Positions 27,467 through 37,242 of a stretch of DNA of 64,000 nt are shown one piece after another; positions within the stretch are counted from its first letter, which is position 1, and each line of letters opens with the position of its first letter. The notes below the pieces were generated by a model. The model was not told the origin of the DNA, searched no databases, and saw only the letters and a program-made list of their open reading frames with translations. A program made the position numbers and the translations under genes. Origin of the DNA: Bacteroidaceae bacterium (GTDB taxonomy: Bacteria; Bacteroidota; Bacteroidia; Bacteroidales; Bacteroidaceae); NCBI GenBank assembly GCA_036804505.1, contig DAIRSI010000010.1, positions 32,552 to 96,551 of the forward strand, given 5' to 3'.

Positions 27467-28570
27467 TTACATTAATCGGATTTTGAATTTCTTGAGACTC
27501 ACCGCTATCAAGACGAAAGCCATGATGGCAAGCACAGAGAATTCCTGAAGGACATATTGCACGCTCACTCCTTGAATCATCAGCCTCCGCAAGGCGGATA
27601 TATACCACCGTGCCGGGACGATGGAGGAGAGATATTGCAGAATGGCAGGCATGCTTTCGATGGGGAAGATGATGCCCGAAAGGAGTATCGTGGGGGTGAG
27701 CAGTCCCATGGCGGATGCGAGCATGGCGGCTGCCTGTGTATCGACAAGGGTAGATATGAGTAACCCCAGAGACAGGGACAGAATGATGAAAAGCACTGAC
27801 AGCATCACGAGCCAGAAAAGATTTCCCGGAGGTACACCCAGCACGAAGGTGGCCAGCAACAGGATGCTGGTGAGGTTGATGAGGGAGAGCACCATGTAGG
27901 GCACCATCTTGGCGAGGATGATGTAGATGGGTTTCACGGGTGATGCCAGAAGAATTTCCATTGTGCCCGTCTCTTTTTCACGGACAATGGCTATGGAGGT
28001 CATCATGGCGCAAATGAGTATCATGATGATGCCCATGACTCCCGGAACAAAGTTGTAGGCATCTTTCCGCTGTGGATTGTAGAGCATGTGGGTGTCAGGC
28101 TTTATGCTGAAAGGCACATGATACTGTGCCATAAGTTCCTGTTGGCAGGAGCTTAGTATCTGACTGATATACCCCACCTGCGAACTGGCCTGATTGGGCT
28201 CGGAGCCGTCGGCAATGACTTGCACGGAGGCTTCTCCGGTGTGGAGAAGATTGTCGGCAAAGTTCTCGCTGAAAACAACCGCCAGATTCACTTTCCCTTT
28301 TTTGAACACTTCGCTGATTTGCTTGTAGTCCTTTATTTCTTCGGTGATGGTGAAGTAGGAACTTGATTCTATTCGTTGCTTGATGCGGGATGTCTCGGCA
28401 TCATGAGAAGGGTCGAATACGACAATCCGGGCGTCCTTCACCTCATTGGTGATGGCAAAGCCGAAGAGGATAATCTGCACAATGGGCATGCAGAGCACGA
28501 TGAGCATGGTGCGCTTGTCACGCAGGATGTGCAGGAATTCCTTTTTGACGAAAGATATAAACTGTTTCAT
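27467..28570 (-). CDS. ABC-2 type transporter permease (YbhS/YbhR-like)
   Basis: 367 aa, same topology as its neighbour. Confidence 0.88.
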   Translation of the reverse strand: MKQFISFVKKEFLHILRDKRTMLIVLCMPIVQIILFGFAITNEVKDARIVVFDPSHDAETSRIKQRIESSSYFTITEEIKDYKQISEVFKKGKVNLAVVFSENFADNLLHTGEASVQVIADGSEPNQASSQVGYISQILSSCQQELMAQYHVPFSIKPDTHMLYNPQRKDAYNFVPGVMGIIMILICAMMTSIAIVREKETGTMEILLASPVKPIYIILAKMVPYMVLSLINLTSILLLATFVLGVPPGNLFWLVMLSVLFIILSLSLGLLISTLVDTQAAAMLASAMGLLTPTILLSGIIFPIESMPAILQYLSSIVPARWYISALRRLMIQGVSVQYVLQEFSVLAIMAFVLIAVSLKKFKIRLM

Positions 28571-28576
28571 GATTCT

Positions 28577-29323
28577 TTAACTGTCTGTTCGTGTTGCACT
28601 TCTTGCCAGTAAATGGAAAACTTCATCCATGTTCTTCACGTGGAATTGTTCTTTCAGACGGGCAGGGGAGTCGAGGGCCTTGATTTGTCCGTCCACCATG
28701 ATGGACAGACGATCGCAGTACTCGGCTTCGTCCATGTAGTGAGTGGTGACAAATACGGTGATGCCTCGGTCGGCTGCTTCGTAAATCAGTTCCCAGAACT
28801 GGCGGCGGGTTACGGGGTCCACCCCGCCAGTGGGTTCGTCTAGAAATACAATCCTCGGTTCGTGGAAGATGGAAAGGGAGAAAGCGAGCTTCTGTTTCCA
28901 TCCCAGAGGCAAGGCTTTTACGAGTGTACCGCGTTCGCCTTGAAAGCCTAGCTCTTCCAGAAGACGGTCGGTCTTTTGCTTGATTTGCTTGTCCTTCATA
29001 CCGTAGATGCCTCCAAACAGGCGGAAGTTCTCCCAAACTTTCAGGTCTTCGTAAAGGGAAAACTTCTGACTCATGTAGCCGATATTCTTCTTCACCATTT
29101 CCGATTGGCGGTCGATATCGAATCCGGCAACGGTGCCTTTGCCCGATGTGGGATGGCTAAGCCCGCACAACATGCGCATGGCAGTGGTCTTTCCGGCACC
29201 GTTGGCACCCAGAAAACCGAATATCTCGCCTTCGTGTACACGAAATGAAATTTGGTCAACAGCGGTGAAATCACCGAATCTCTTGGTGAGTCCTTCCGTG
29301 ACAATTACATCTTCATTTTTCAT
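28577..29323 (-). CDS. ABC transporter ATP-binding protein
   Basis: Walker A GANGAGKTT, degenerate signature LPLGWKQKL, Walker B IVFLDEPT. Confidence 0.92.
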   Translation of the reverse strand: MKNEDVIVTEGLTKRFGDFTAVDQISFRVHEGEIFGFLGANGAGKTTAMRMLCGLSHPTSGKGTVAGFDIDRQSEMVKKNIGYMSQKFSLYEDLKVWENFRLFGGIYGMKDKQIKQKTDRLLEELGFQGERGTLVKALPLGWKQKLAFSLSIFHEPRIVFLDEPTGGVDPVTRRQFWELIYEAADRGITVFVTTHYMDEAEYCDRLSIMVDGQIKALDSPARLKEQFHVKNMDEVFHLLARSATRTDS

Positions 29324-30234
29324 ATTGTTTCTTTTTTTGCCAGTGACATGAAACAGTCTTCAATCGTAGTGGGTATGGATTCTATGCAGATATCCTCATG
29401 TCCTTCCTTTACCAGATATTCTTTCAGGGCTTCCGTAGTGGTATCGGCCTTGACCGTCACGTGATAGGAATCTCCAAAGGAGAAGGAAGTCTTTATCAGC
29501 GGACAGCTTCTCAAGTCTTTCAGCAAGGCATGCATCTTTTTGCTTTTGACTGAACGGAGAATCTCTGTATAGCTTTCTGTGATGCCCCGAGGGGTATCTA
29601 TCTGCATGAATTCGCCGTCTTTGATGAGGGCAATGCGGTCACACAAGGAAGCCTCGTCCATATAGGGCGTGGAAACCAGTATGCTCAGCCCCTGCTCTTT
29701 GAGTTTACGGAGCATCTCCCAGAATTCTTTTCTGGAAACGGGATCCACGCCTGTGGTGGGCTCGTCAAGAAACAGCACTTCCGGTTTGTGGATAAGGGCG
29801 CAACTCAAGGCCAGCTTTTGTTTCATTCCTCCCGAAAGTTTTCCTGCCTTTCGTGTCTTGAAAGGTTCAATCTGGCGGTAGATATCTTCTATGAGACTGT
29901 AGTTTTCTTCAACGGTCGTGTTGAATACGGTGGCGAAGAACTTCAGGTTTTCTTCCACAGTGAGGTCTTGATACAGGGAGAAGCGGCCCGGCATGTATCC
30001 TATCAGGGTACGGATGGTTTTGTAGTCCTTCACCACATCAAAGCCGGCAATGCGGGCTTCTCCGCTTTCGGCAAGCAAGAGAGTGGTCAGGATGCGGAAC
30101 AGGGTGGTCTTTCCGGCTCCGTCGGGACCGATGATGCCGAATATCTCACCTTGGCCGGCTTCAAAGCTCAGGTTGTGCAAGGCGCGCACTTGGCCGTAAT
30201 GCATATTCAGGTTTTGCACCGAAACAATTGCCAT
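29320..30234 (-). CDS. ABC transporter ATP-binding protein
   Basis: Walker A GPDGAGKTT, signature LSGGMKQKL, Walker B VLFLDEPT. 4-nt overlap with the next ATPase gene. Confidence 0.92.
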   Translation of the reverse strand: MAIVSVQNLNMHYGQVRALHNLSFEAGQGEIFGIIGPDGAGKTTLFRILTTLLLAESGEARIAGFDVVKDYKTIRTLIGYMPGRFSLYQDLTVEENLKFFATVFNTTVEENYSLIEDIYRQIEPFKTRKAGKLSGGMKQKLALSCALIHKPEVLFLDEPTTGVDPVSRKEFWEMLRKLKEQGLSILVSTPYMDEASLCDRIALIKDGEFMQIDTPRGITESYTEILRSVKSKKMHALLKDLRSCPLIKTSFSFGDSYHVTVKADTTTEALKEYLVKEGHEDICIESIPTTIEDCFMSLAKKETI

Positions 30235-30240
30235 GACTGT

Positions 30241-31134
30241 TTAGAATTTGATGTCGCCGTACATTCCAATCTTGATATAGCCGTCGTTCTTCACAGCTAT
30301 CTTCACGGCATAGACCAGATTGGCTCTTTCATCGCGCGTCTGGATAGTCTTGGGGGTGAACTCTGCCTTGTCCGAAATCCATGACACGGTTCCCTGATAT
30401 TCTTTTCTTCCCGATTTTCCCTGATCGGCAAAGACTCTTACTTTTTGTCCTATCTTGATGGATGTGAGCTGGTCAGCCGTGATGTAGACCCTGAGTTTCA
30501 TATCATTCACATTGGCTATCTTGAACAAGGCTTTTCCGGGTATTGCATATTCTCCTTGTTCTGCATATTTGGTCAGTACCGTACCGGTAAGGGGGCTTTG
30601 GATGATACAGTCCTTTATTTGGTCATTGATTTGTGCTACCTGCGCGCTTACGCTCGAACTTTCGTTAGTGAGACTGCTGTTGCTGTTGTTCACTTGTTCC
30701 GTTTGGGCGGTAAGTTGCTTTTGCAGCACTTCAATCTGATAATTGATATCGTCCACCTGTTTTTGTGATGCGGCGTTGTCCTTTACCAGATTCATGAAAC
30801 GTTTCCGCTCCCTCTCCTGAATGGATATCTGCTGACGGATGGAGGCAAGTTGTTTGTTCCTGTCAACCATACGGCTGCGTGTGGAATTTTTTACAGACAT
30901 CATCTGCTCCCTTTTCAAGGATAATTGTAAGGTGTCGATGTATCCGATGGGTGTGTCGGGAGTGACGGCCTGGCCTTCTTCAATGTTTAATTGAAGTATT
31001 TCTCCGCTTCCTTTTGCCGATACAATCACTTCGGTGGATTCGAAGATTCCCGATGCATCATAGTCTCCGTCTTTGTTTGTGCAGGAAACGGCTAGTAGGG
31101 CAGTTCCCAGAAACAGTAAATTGGATGCTTTCAT
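30241..31134 (-). CDS. HlyD-family membrane fusion lipoprotein (YbhG-like)
   Basis: Lipoprotein signal ..LLAVSC.., a coiled-coil middle and a beta-barrel C-terminus. Confidence 0.88.
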   Translation of the reverse strand: MKASNLLFLGTALLAVSCTNKDGDYDASGIFESTEVIVSAKGSGEILQLNIEEGQAVTPDTPIGYIDTLQLSLKREQMMSVKNSTRSRMVDRNKQLASIRQQISIQERERKRFMNLVKDNAASQKQVDDINYQIEVLQKQLTAQTEQVNNSNSSLTNESSSVSAQVAQINDQIKDCIIQSPLTGTVLTKYAEQGEYAIPGKALFKIANVNDMKLRVYITADQLTSIKIGQKVRVFADQGKSGRKEYQGTVSWISDKAEFTPKTIQTRDERANLVYAVKIAVKNDGYIKIGMYGDIKF

Positions 31135-31146
31135 ATCTCTGATTTT

Positions 31147-32397
31147 TTAATTGTTTGTTGCAAATTTCAAATTATAAAGTTCCAGCAGCATTTTTATTTC
31201 ATGCTGGCTCTTGTCCTGCAGGGCAAGGTTTTCTGCATTGATGTCTCTCACAAGATCAATACCTGACAAGGTGCCGTTGGCTATCTTGGCTTCGGAAGAT
31301 TGCTTTACGGATTTGCGCAAGGCAATGATTTCATCATCATATTTCAGTTGTTCCCTATAGGACCCTATGATATTTTCCTTTTGGGAGATATCCATTCGCG
31401 TGTTCAGCAGGAAGGTCTCTTTTTGTGACTGCACGGCATTGATTTGTGTGTCTATCAGTCTTCTGTCGTTCTTGTGAGTATATAGTTTTGACAGATTCCA
31501 CGAGAGTCGGATACCTCCTATGTAATAAGGAGAAAAACTATTGTCGAGCATATTGAGTCCCGGCTTTCCGTATCCTCCTGTGAGGAACAGTCCCACTTTG
31601 GGCATCACATCCGCTTTCACAGCCAGACGTTGCTTGGCATAACTTTGCATCTGTGCATCATACCATTGAAGTTCAGGGCGGTTTATCGTGACGGGCTCAT
31701 CAGAGAGCACGTCGGGTTTTTCCAGAACAATGTCGCTTGCCAGTTTCTCCCCGGTAAAGGAAGAAAGCATTTCGATATAAGCATTCCGTGAGTGTTTCAG
31801 TTGCACGCGGTTTTGAACGGACTTGAGCAACTCCACTTTCACGGCATCGATATCGGCCTGATTGGCAATGCCGTTGCGAACATACGATGAAACTTTATCG
31901 AGATTCTTCTGCAAGTCATTCTGATATATATCGTTCTGCCTGATTTGCTCATCTATGAGCAAGGTCCCGAAGAATAATTGGTTGATGCGTTCCCGGATGG
32001 CATACATATTGACTTCCAGATTGAGACGGCTGGCTTCCGAATTGCTGCGGATAATTTCCTGACGCGACTTTATTGCGCCACCGTCCCACAAAGTCTGGTT
32101 CACTTCCATAGTCATCCCGTATTGATCTTTGCTCAACCCTTGAACCCCTTGGATATTAATGGGGATTTTGGTCACATCCGATTGATAACTGGCTTTGGCT
32201 GTAAACAATATTTGCGGAAGATATCCTTTTGCCGCATTAGCCAGATTGAAATCCATGGCTTTTGCAATCAAGTCATATTGCTTGATTAGCGGATAATTAT
32301 CACGGGCCTTTTGGTAGCAGTTTTCCAATGTCAGTTGAGAGAAGGCCGGAAGGCTTGCTGCTATGAATACCAATTGAATGATAAATGACTTTTTCAT
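31147..32397 (-). CDS. TolC-family outer membrane efflux protein
   Basis: 416 aa. Signal peptide ..LPAFSQ and two OEP-type repeats. Confidence 0.88.
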   Translation of the reverse strand: MKKSFIIQLVFIAASLPAFSQLTLENCYQKARDNYPLIKQYDLIAKAMDFNLANAAKGYLPQILFTAKASYQSDVTKIPINIQGVQGLSKDQYGMTMEVNQTLWDGGAIKSRQEIIRSNSEASRLNLEVNMYAIRERINQLFFGTLLIDEQIRQNDIYQNDLQKNLDKVSSYVRNGIANQADIDAVKVELLKSVQNRVQLKHSRNAYIEMLSSFTGEKLASDIVLEKPDVLSDEPVTINRPELQWYDAQMQSYAKQRLAVKADVMPKVGLFLTGGYGKPGLNMLDNSFSPYYIGGIRLSWNLSKLYTHKNDRRLIDTQINAVQSQKETFLLNTRMDISQKENIIGSYREQLKYDDEIIALRKSVKQSSEAKIANGTLSGIDLVRDINAENLALQDKSQHEIKMLLELYNLKFATNN

Positions 32398-32413
32398 GAC
32401 TGTATATTTTTTA

Positions 32414-32430
32414 ACTTATTTGACTAACAA
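32414..32430. promoter_or_regulatory. palindromic operator-like site CTAACAATGCTGTTAAT (copy 1), upstream of the TolC-like gene
   Basis: 15/17 identical to the copy at 33123-33139. Inverted half-sites TAACA/TGTTA, 16 nt upstream of ATG 32397. Confidence 0.55.
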
Positions 32431-32490
32431 TGCTGTTAATTGATTCGTAAAAATATAGGCCATCCCTTGCGCAGGTCGGCCTGTACTAGA

Positions 32491-33108
32491 TTATTTCTTT
32501 ATGGAGTTCAAGATAAATTCCACATTGCTTTCTTCCCTTTCCTTCAGCATTTGCTCGTAGAGTTCCTCGGAGCTGTTTTCTACATATTGAATCATGACCG
32601 GATAGGCTATGAATGTCATGATGTTCAAAGAGAGAATGTTGAGAATCAGCTGAAGCGGACTTATCGAACGTATGGTTCCTTTCTGTTTTTCAGTCTCTAC
32701 CAATGTATTCACTTTGCCGATAACTTCTTGAATGATGGGAAAAACAGTCCGATATAGAATGTCGCGGTTTTCCTTGTTCTTGTAGATTTCGTTGTACACG
32801 AAGTTGACTAAGCGCGGATTCTTCTTGATGAATTCGAAATGAGCACGTATAAAGTCGCTGATGGTTTCCTCGAAGCTTTTATCTTCATCCAGAATATGCT
32901 TGAAAGAATTAGCTATGAGTTTCACTTTATTGCGGAACACCAATTCGAAGAGCTTTTCTTTCGTTCGATAGTAATAGTGCAACATGGCGTGAGTGACACC
33001 TGCTTTTTGGGCAATGGAGGTTGTCTTGGCTCCGTCAAAGCCCTTTTCAAGGAATTCCTCTTCGGCTGCCTGGAGGATAAGTTGCTCGTTGTCTGTCTCT
33101 GATTTCAT
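32491..33108 (-). CDS. TetR/AcrR family transcriptional regulator
   Basis: HTH ..TTSIAQKAGVTHAMLHYYY... ATG 33108 (MKSETDNEQ) preferred over the TTG at 33129, which lies inside the operator-like palindrome. Confidence 0.88.
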   Translation of the reverse strand: MKSETDNEQLILQAAEEEFLEKGFDGAKTTSIAQKAGVTHAMLHYYYRTKEKLFELVFRNKVKLIANSFKHILDEDKSFEETISDFIRAHFEFIKKNPRLVNFVYNEIYKNKENRDILYRTVFPIIQEVIGKVNTLVETEKQKGTIRSISPLQLILNILSLNIMTFIAYPVMIQYVENSSEELYEQMLKEREESNVEFILNSIKK

Positions 33109-33122
33109 TTTATCAATTTTGT

Positions 33123-33139
33123 CTAACAATGTTGTTAAC
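33123..33139. promoter_or_regulatory. palindromic operator-like site CTAACAATGTTGTTAAC (copy 2), upstream of the TetR gene
   Basis: Perfect inverted repeat TAACAA-TG-TTGTTA, located between the -7 box (33146-33153) and ATG 33108. Confidence 0.55.
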
Positions 33140-33145
33140 TACGTG

Positions 33146-33153
33146 CAAAAGTA
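33146..33153 (-). promoter_or_regulatory. Bacteroides-type -7 box (TACTTTTG on minus strand)
   Basis: CAAAAGTA on + strand, ~37 nt upstream of ATG 33108. Confidence 0.5.
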
Positions 33154-33225
33154 TATTTTCTTTTTTTACGAAGAACGAATTCCTATGTAAAAAAAGTTAA
33201 TTGAATGGAAATAATTGACGGGAGA

Positions 33226-35064
33226 TTATACTTGTTGCATGTCGCAAAGCTTTTTGTAATAGCCGTTTAAAGCAATTAGTTCCTCATGTTTTCCGCGCTC
33301 CACGATTCTTCCTTCATGCATCACGAGGATTTCATCGGCATTGCGAATCGTACTCAAACGGTGCGCTATGGCAATGGTGGTTCTGTTCTTCATAAGCTTG
33401 TCGAGGGCATCTTGCACCATGCGTTCCGATTCAGTGTCCAAAGCTGAAGTAGCTTCATCCAATATGAGTATAGGCGGATTTTTCAGAACGGCACGTGCAA
33501 TGCTGATTCTTTGCCTTTGACCTCCTGACAGTTTTCCTCCACGGTCGCCAATCATTGTGTCATATCCTTTTTCGCTTGCCATGATGAATTCGTGGGCATT
33601 GGCAATTTTAGCGGCTTCCATTACTTGTTCCATGGTGGCGGATTTCACTCCGAAGGTAATGTTGTTGTAGAAGGTATCGTTGAATAGGATGGCTTCCTGA
33701 TTCACATTCCCCATAAGTCCGCGAAGGTCGGACAGGGTAGTGTCCTTAATGTTGATGCCGTCAATCAGAATTTTTCCTTCGATTGTATCGTAATAACGGG
33801 GGAGCAAATCTACCAAAGTGGACTTCCCCGAACCTGACTGACCTACCAAAGCGATGCTTTTGCCTTTTTTGATGGTGATGCAGATATCTTTCAGCACCCA
33901 TTTCTCATCATCGTCTCCATATCGGAAAGAAACATTCCGGTATTCTATTACCGACTCCATTTTCTTTAGTGGGATAGGGTTCGGACTTATTCTCATCTTG
34001 TTTTCGGCAAGCAGGATGCGGTCTATTCGTTCCATGGAAGCCAGGCCTTTCGGAATGTTATAGGAAGCTTTGGAAAAGTCCTTCAACGGATTGATGATGC
34101 TATAGAGAATCACCAGGTAAAAGATAAAGCCCGGGGCGTCAATGGCAGAGTGGTGATTCAGAATCAGTGTGCCGCCAAACCAAAGTACGAAAACGATGAG
34201 AACTGTACCCAGAAATTCACTCATCGGATGTGCCATCTGCTGGCGTGTGTTCACTTTATTGATGGTGTTCCGGTAGTTGTCATCGGCTTTGAAAAAACGG
34301 TTATACATCTTGTCTTCTGCAATAAAAGCCTTGATAATGCGCAGTCCCCCCAGAGTCTCTTCCACCTGAGCCATGAGTAAACCCCACTGATTCTGTGCGT
34401 CTTTGGATTTTGCTTTCAGCTTTTTGCCTACAAAGCCCATGAGCCAACCCATTGCCGGCAACACAATGATGGTGAAAAGAGTAAGTTGCCAACTGACGAC
34501 TATCAATGTGGCAAAATAAGAGATAATGAGAATAGGATTCTTGAACAGCATGTCCAGCGAGCTCATGATGGAGTTCTCCACTTCTTGGACATCGCCACTC
34601 ATACGTGCCAGCAAATCACCTTTTTTCTCTTCCGAAAAAAATCCCAGCGGCAGTTCGAGTATTTTTTTGTAGAGTTGGTTGCGAATGTCTCTTACCACGC
34701 CTGTGCGTATGGGAATAATTGTTGCCGATGACAGAAAATAAGCCGAGGTTTTCAGAAAGGTCATAAAGGCAAGAAACAGGCCCAGGATGAGCAAGGTGGT
34801 ACTGGCTCCTTGTGTATCGATCATGCGGGTAACGTAATAATAGAAGTTATTGATGGCGATGGTCTTGAATCCGCCCGGACCGTCCCAAGGCATGAAGGCG
34901 TAAACTCCTTTCTGCATCTGGAAAAGAATTTGCAGAATGGGGATGATCAGCGTAAATGAAAAAACATTAAGTATGGCTGAAAGAAGATTAAAGAATACCG
35001 TAAGGAACAAATACTTACGATAGGGAGGCAGAAACCTTCTCAATATTTGGAGGAACTCTTTCAT
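33226..35064 (-). CDS. ABC transporter permease/ATP-binding fusion protein (MsbA-like exporter)
   Basis: Six N-terminal TMs, then GQSGSGKST, LSGGQRQR and ILILDEAT. ATG 35064 (MKEFLQ) lies downstream of the -7 box, whereas the track start 35094 overlaps it. Confidence 0.88.
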   Translation of the reverse strand: MKEFLQILRRFLPPYRKYLFLTVFFNLLSAILNVFSFTLIIPILQILFQMQKGVYAFMPWDGPGGFKTIAINNFYYYVTRMIDTQGASTTLLILGLFLAFMTFLKTSAYFLSSATIIPIRTGVVRDIRNQLYKKILELPLGFFSEEKKGDLLARMSGDVQEVENSIMSSLDMLFKNPILIISYFATLIVVSWQLTLFTIIVLPAMGWLMGFVGKKLKAKSKDAQNQWGLLMAQVEETLGGLRIIKAFIAEDKMYNRFFKADDNYRNTINKVNTRQQMAHPMSEFLGTVLIVFVLWFGGTLILNHHSAIDAPGFIFYLVILYSIINPLKDFSKASYNIPKGLASMERIDRILLAENKMRISPNPIPLKKMESVIEYRNVSFRYGDDDEKWVLKDICITIKKGKSIALVGQSGSGKSTLVDLLPRYYDTIEGKILIDGINIKDTTLSDLRGLMGNVNQEAILFNDTFYNNITFGVKSATMEQVMEAAKIANAHEFIMASEKGYDTMIGDRGGKLSGGQRQRISIARAVLKNPPILILDEATSALDTESERMVQDALDKLMKNRTTIAIAHRLSTIRNADEILVMHEGRIVERGKHEELIALNGYYKKLCDMQQV

Positions 35065-35091
35065 TCTTTTTCCTTGTTTTGATTTTGATTG

Positions 35092-35099
35092 CAAAGATA
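35092..35099 (-). promoter_or_regulatory. Bacteroides-type -7 box (TATCTTTG on minus strand)
   Basis: CAAAGATA on + strand, ~27 nt upstream of ATG 35064. Confidence 0.45.
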
Positions 35100-35173
35100 A
35101 TACTTCTTATCTCCAATTTTCATCAAAGATAAAAAAAGTATTATAAATTTCTTGGTTTATACCGTTGATTATG

Positions 35174-35181
35174 TAACTTTG
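35174..35181 (+). promoter_or_regulatory. Bacteroides-type -7 box TAACTTTG
   Basis: Matches TAnnTTTG, 46 nt upstream of ATG 35228. Confidence 0.45.
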
Positions 35182-35227
35182 CGTTTGAGTTACTAAATTA
35201 ATGTTATATTTTAAATAGGAGAATATT

Positions 35228-35767
35228 ATGGATGAAAAATTAAAAGGTTCAAAAACCGAGAAAAATTTATGGACAGCATTTGCTGGAGAATCACAGGCTC
35301 GTAACAAATATACATATTATGCATCGAAAGCCAAAAAAGATGGATATGTTCAGATTTCAAATTTATTTGAGGAAACAGCCAATAACGAAAAGGAACATGC
35401 AAAGCTTTGGTTCAAGCTGATTCACGGAATTCATTCAACTGAAGAAAATTTGTTGGATGCTGCCATGGGTGAGAATTACGAATGGACAGATATGTATGCC
35501 ACTTTTGCAAAAGAAGCTCATGAAGAAGGCTTCGAAGATATTGCAGCTCAATTTGAAGGTGTTGCAGCTATAGAAAAAGAGCATGAAGAGCGTTATCGTA
35601 AATTGTTGGCAAACATCAAGGATAAAGTTGTATTTAGCCGTGATGGTGATTGCATTTGGCAGTGCTCTAATTGTGGTCATATTGTCATTGGAAAAGAAGC
35701 TCCTGAAATTTGCCCGGTTTGCAAACATCCTCAGGCTTATTTCCAAATCAAGGCTGAGAATTATTAA
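35228..35767 (+). CDS. rbr: rubrerythrin
   Basis: 179 aa. Diiron ExxH motifs ([16 protein letters not shown]) and a C-terminal rubredoxin-like CSNCGH...CPVCKH. Confidence 0.93.
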   Translation: MDEKLKGSKTEKNLWTAFAGESQARNKYTYYASKAKKDGYVQISNLFEETANNEKEHAKLWFKLIHGIHSTEENLLDAAMGENYEWTDMYATFAKEAHEEGFEDIAAQFEGVAAIEKEHEERYRKLLANIKDKVVFSRDGDCIWQCSNCGHIVIGKEAPEICPVCKHPQAYFQIKAENY

Positions 35768-35793
35768 GAAAGAAACCTATACATTAAGAAGGA

Positions 35794-35829
35794 AGGTGTG
35801 CCGAGTAAATTGGCACACCTTTTTTCTTT
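35794..35829 (+). terminator. rho-independent terminator of rbr
   Basis: Perfect 10-bp stem AAGGTGTGCC / GGCACACCTT, 9-nt loop, then TTTTTT. Confidence 0.8.
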
Positions 35830-35886
35830 GGTACGCCAGTAATCGGCATTCTTTATTGGGTATAAGAAAGATAAGAATAGAGCACA

Positions 35887-35930
35887 AAAAAAGTTAGAAT
35901 GCTCAATCTGTCCGAGCATTCTAACTTTTT
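35887..35930. terminator. bidirectional rho-independent terminator (serves the minus-strand efflux operon)
   Basis: Perfect 12-bp stem GTTAGAATGCTC / GAGCATTCTAAC, flanked by an A-run and a T-run. Confidence 0.75.
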
Positions 35931-35987
35931 ATATATCAGATAAACAGAGTATTAAGAAAAAAAGTTGGAATGAGAATGCTATTTTAA

Positions 35988-37229
35988 TTATTGAACTTCG
36001 GCTTTTGCTTTCTGCTTTATTTCTTTTAGTCTGTCGAGTACATGACGGCGCGAAAGAAGAATCTGGTATCGATAAACCAGACAAGTAGTGATGAAATAAG
36101 CTCCTGTCTGCAACCAAAGCATCCGGAACTCCGGTTCCACATCCTTGAGCAGGGCCCCCATGCTGTTGATCCTGACAAATCCGTTTATTCCAAATGTGGA
36201 AGGGAAGATGTAGGACAATGCTTTCCATACCATCGGCTCGTTGGAACGAGGCCAGGATATTCCCGAAATGAACAGAAGCGGAAGGGACGTGAATACCACG
36301 ATGAGCATGCAGTTCTCCCTGTTCCTCATGAAAATGCTTACAGTCATGGCAAAGAATACGCAGGATAGAATGTAAGGCAATATGAACATAACCAATGTGC
36401 CAAAATTAGCTAACTGAATCAGATTGAACAACTTGGGCGTGATTATGAGTACATATGCGGCCAATAGTGAATAGATGAGGATGTAGGCAAGGCTCTTTCC
36501 GAATACGATTCGGAGTGTTCCGCTGTATTTTCTGTGTATGGGAACCAGATCCTTGAATCTGTTATTCTCACGGGAGGTGCCGGCAAGCAGACCTACACAG
36601 AGGAGAAGACTTTGCTGGATGATGAGCATCAGTACTGCCGGTATTAGAAAACTGGCCATTCCTTTTTGGGGGTTAAATATAGCAATGTCTGTATATTCTA
36701 TCGGTGCAGTGCTTATTTCGTCCTGACGATTGGTCGTATTGCCAAGTCTTGCTATTTTTATTTCTTTGTTCATTTTCAAGGAAACATCTGTACAAGTCCC
36801 ATATATAGCCTTATAGTAGAGCAAGCCGCTTAGGTCACAATAGATTGAAACATGTGCCTGGATTCCTCTTGCAATATCTTTTTCGAAAGATTCGGGTATG
36901 TGTACCACTCCGTATGCCCCTTGTTTGCGAAGTGTTTCCTTGGCATTTGACATATTTGGGGCGTGGTCGATTATATTAACGTCCGGCGAGGCATTGAGGT
37001 ATCTCAAGAATTTACGGCTTTCGAAGGAGCTACTGTCGTCAACCACCACAACTGGCACTTCACGCACTACCTCGTAATTGTAAATGAAAGAGTACAGTAA
37101 GGGATATACAAGACAAAGGAAAAAAATGAATAATTGCGCTCCTTCATCGTGTAAAATCATGTGTATTTCTTTACGCCATATATAGAACACGTCATTGGTG
37201 CCGTCTTTTATTTTATCATACAGTTCCAT
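35988..37229 (-). CDS. ABC-2 type transporter permease
   Basis: About 413 aa. N-terminal TM, large loop, 5 C-terminal TMs. Start is ATG 37229 or TTG 37238. Confidence 0.85.
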   Translation of the reverse strand: MELYDKIKDGTNDVFYIWRKEIHMILHDEGAQLFIFFLCLVYPLLYSFIYNYEVVREVPVVVVDDSSSFESRKFLRYLNASPDVNIIDHAPNMSNAKETLRKQGAYGVVHIPESFEKDIARGIQAHVSIYCDLSGLLYYKAIYGTCTDVSLKMNKEIKIARLGNTTNRQDEISTAPIEYTDIAIFNPQKGMASFLIPAVLMLIIQQSLLLCVGLLAGTSRENNRFKDLVPIHRKYSGTLRIVFGKSLAYILIYSLLAAYVLIITPKLFNLIQLANFGTLVMFILPYILSCVFFAMTVSIFMRNRENCMLIVVFTSLPLLFISGISWPRSNEPMVWKALSYIFPSTFGINGFVRINSMGALLKDVEPEFRMLWLQTGAYFITTCLVYRYQILLSRRHVLDRLKEIKQKAKAEVQ

Positions 37230-37242
37230 AAACTTCAATCAA

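Noticed and set aside
35173-35193. Inverted repeat GTAACT-N9-AGTTAC overlapping the rubrerythrin -7 box, plus an AGGAG 8 nt before the rbr ATG. Considered as a PerR/OxyR-type operator and a rare Shine-Dalgarno.
   Set aside because: Arms of only 6 bp in AT-rich DNA are expected by chance, and the sequence does not match any peroxide-regulator box I can recall. Noted but not claimed.
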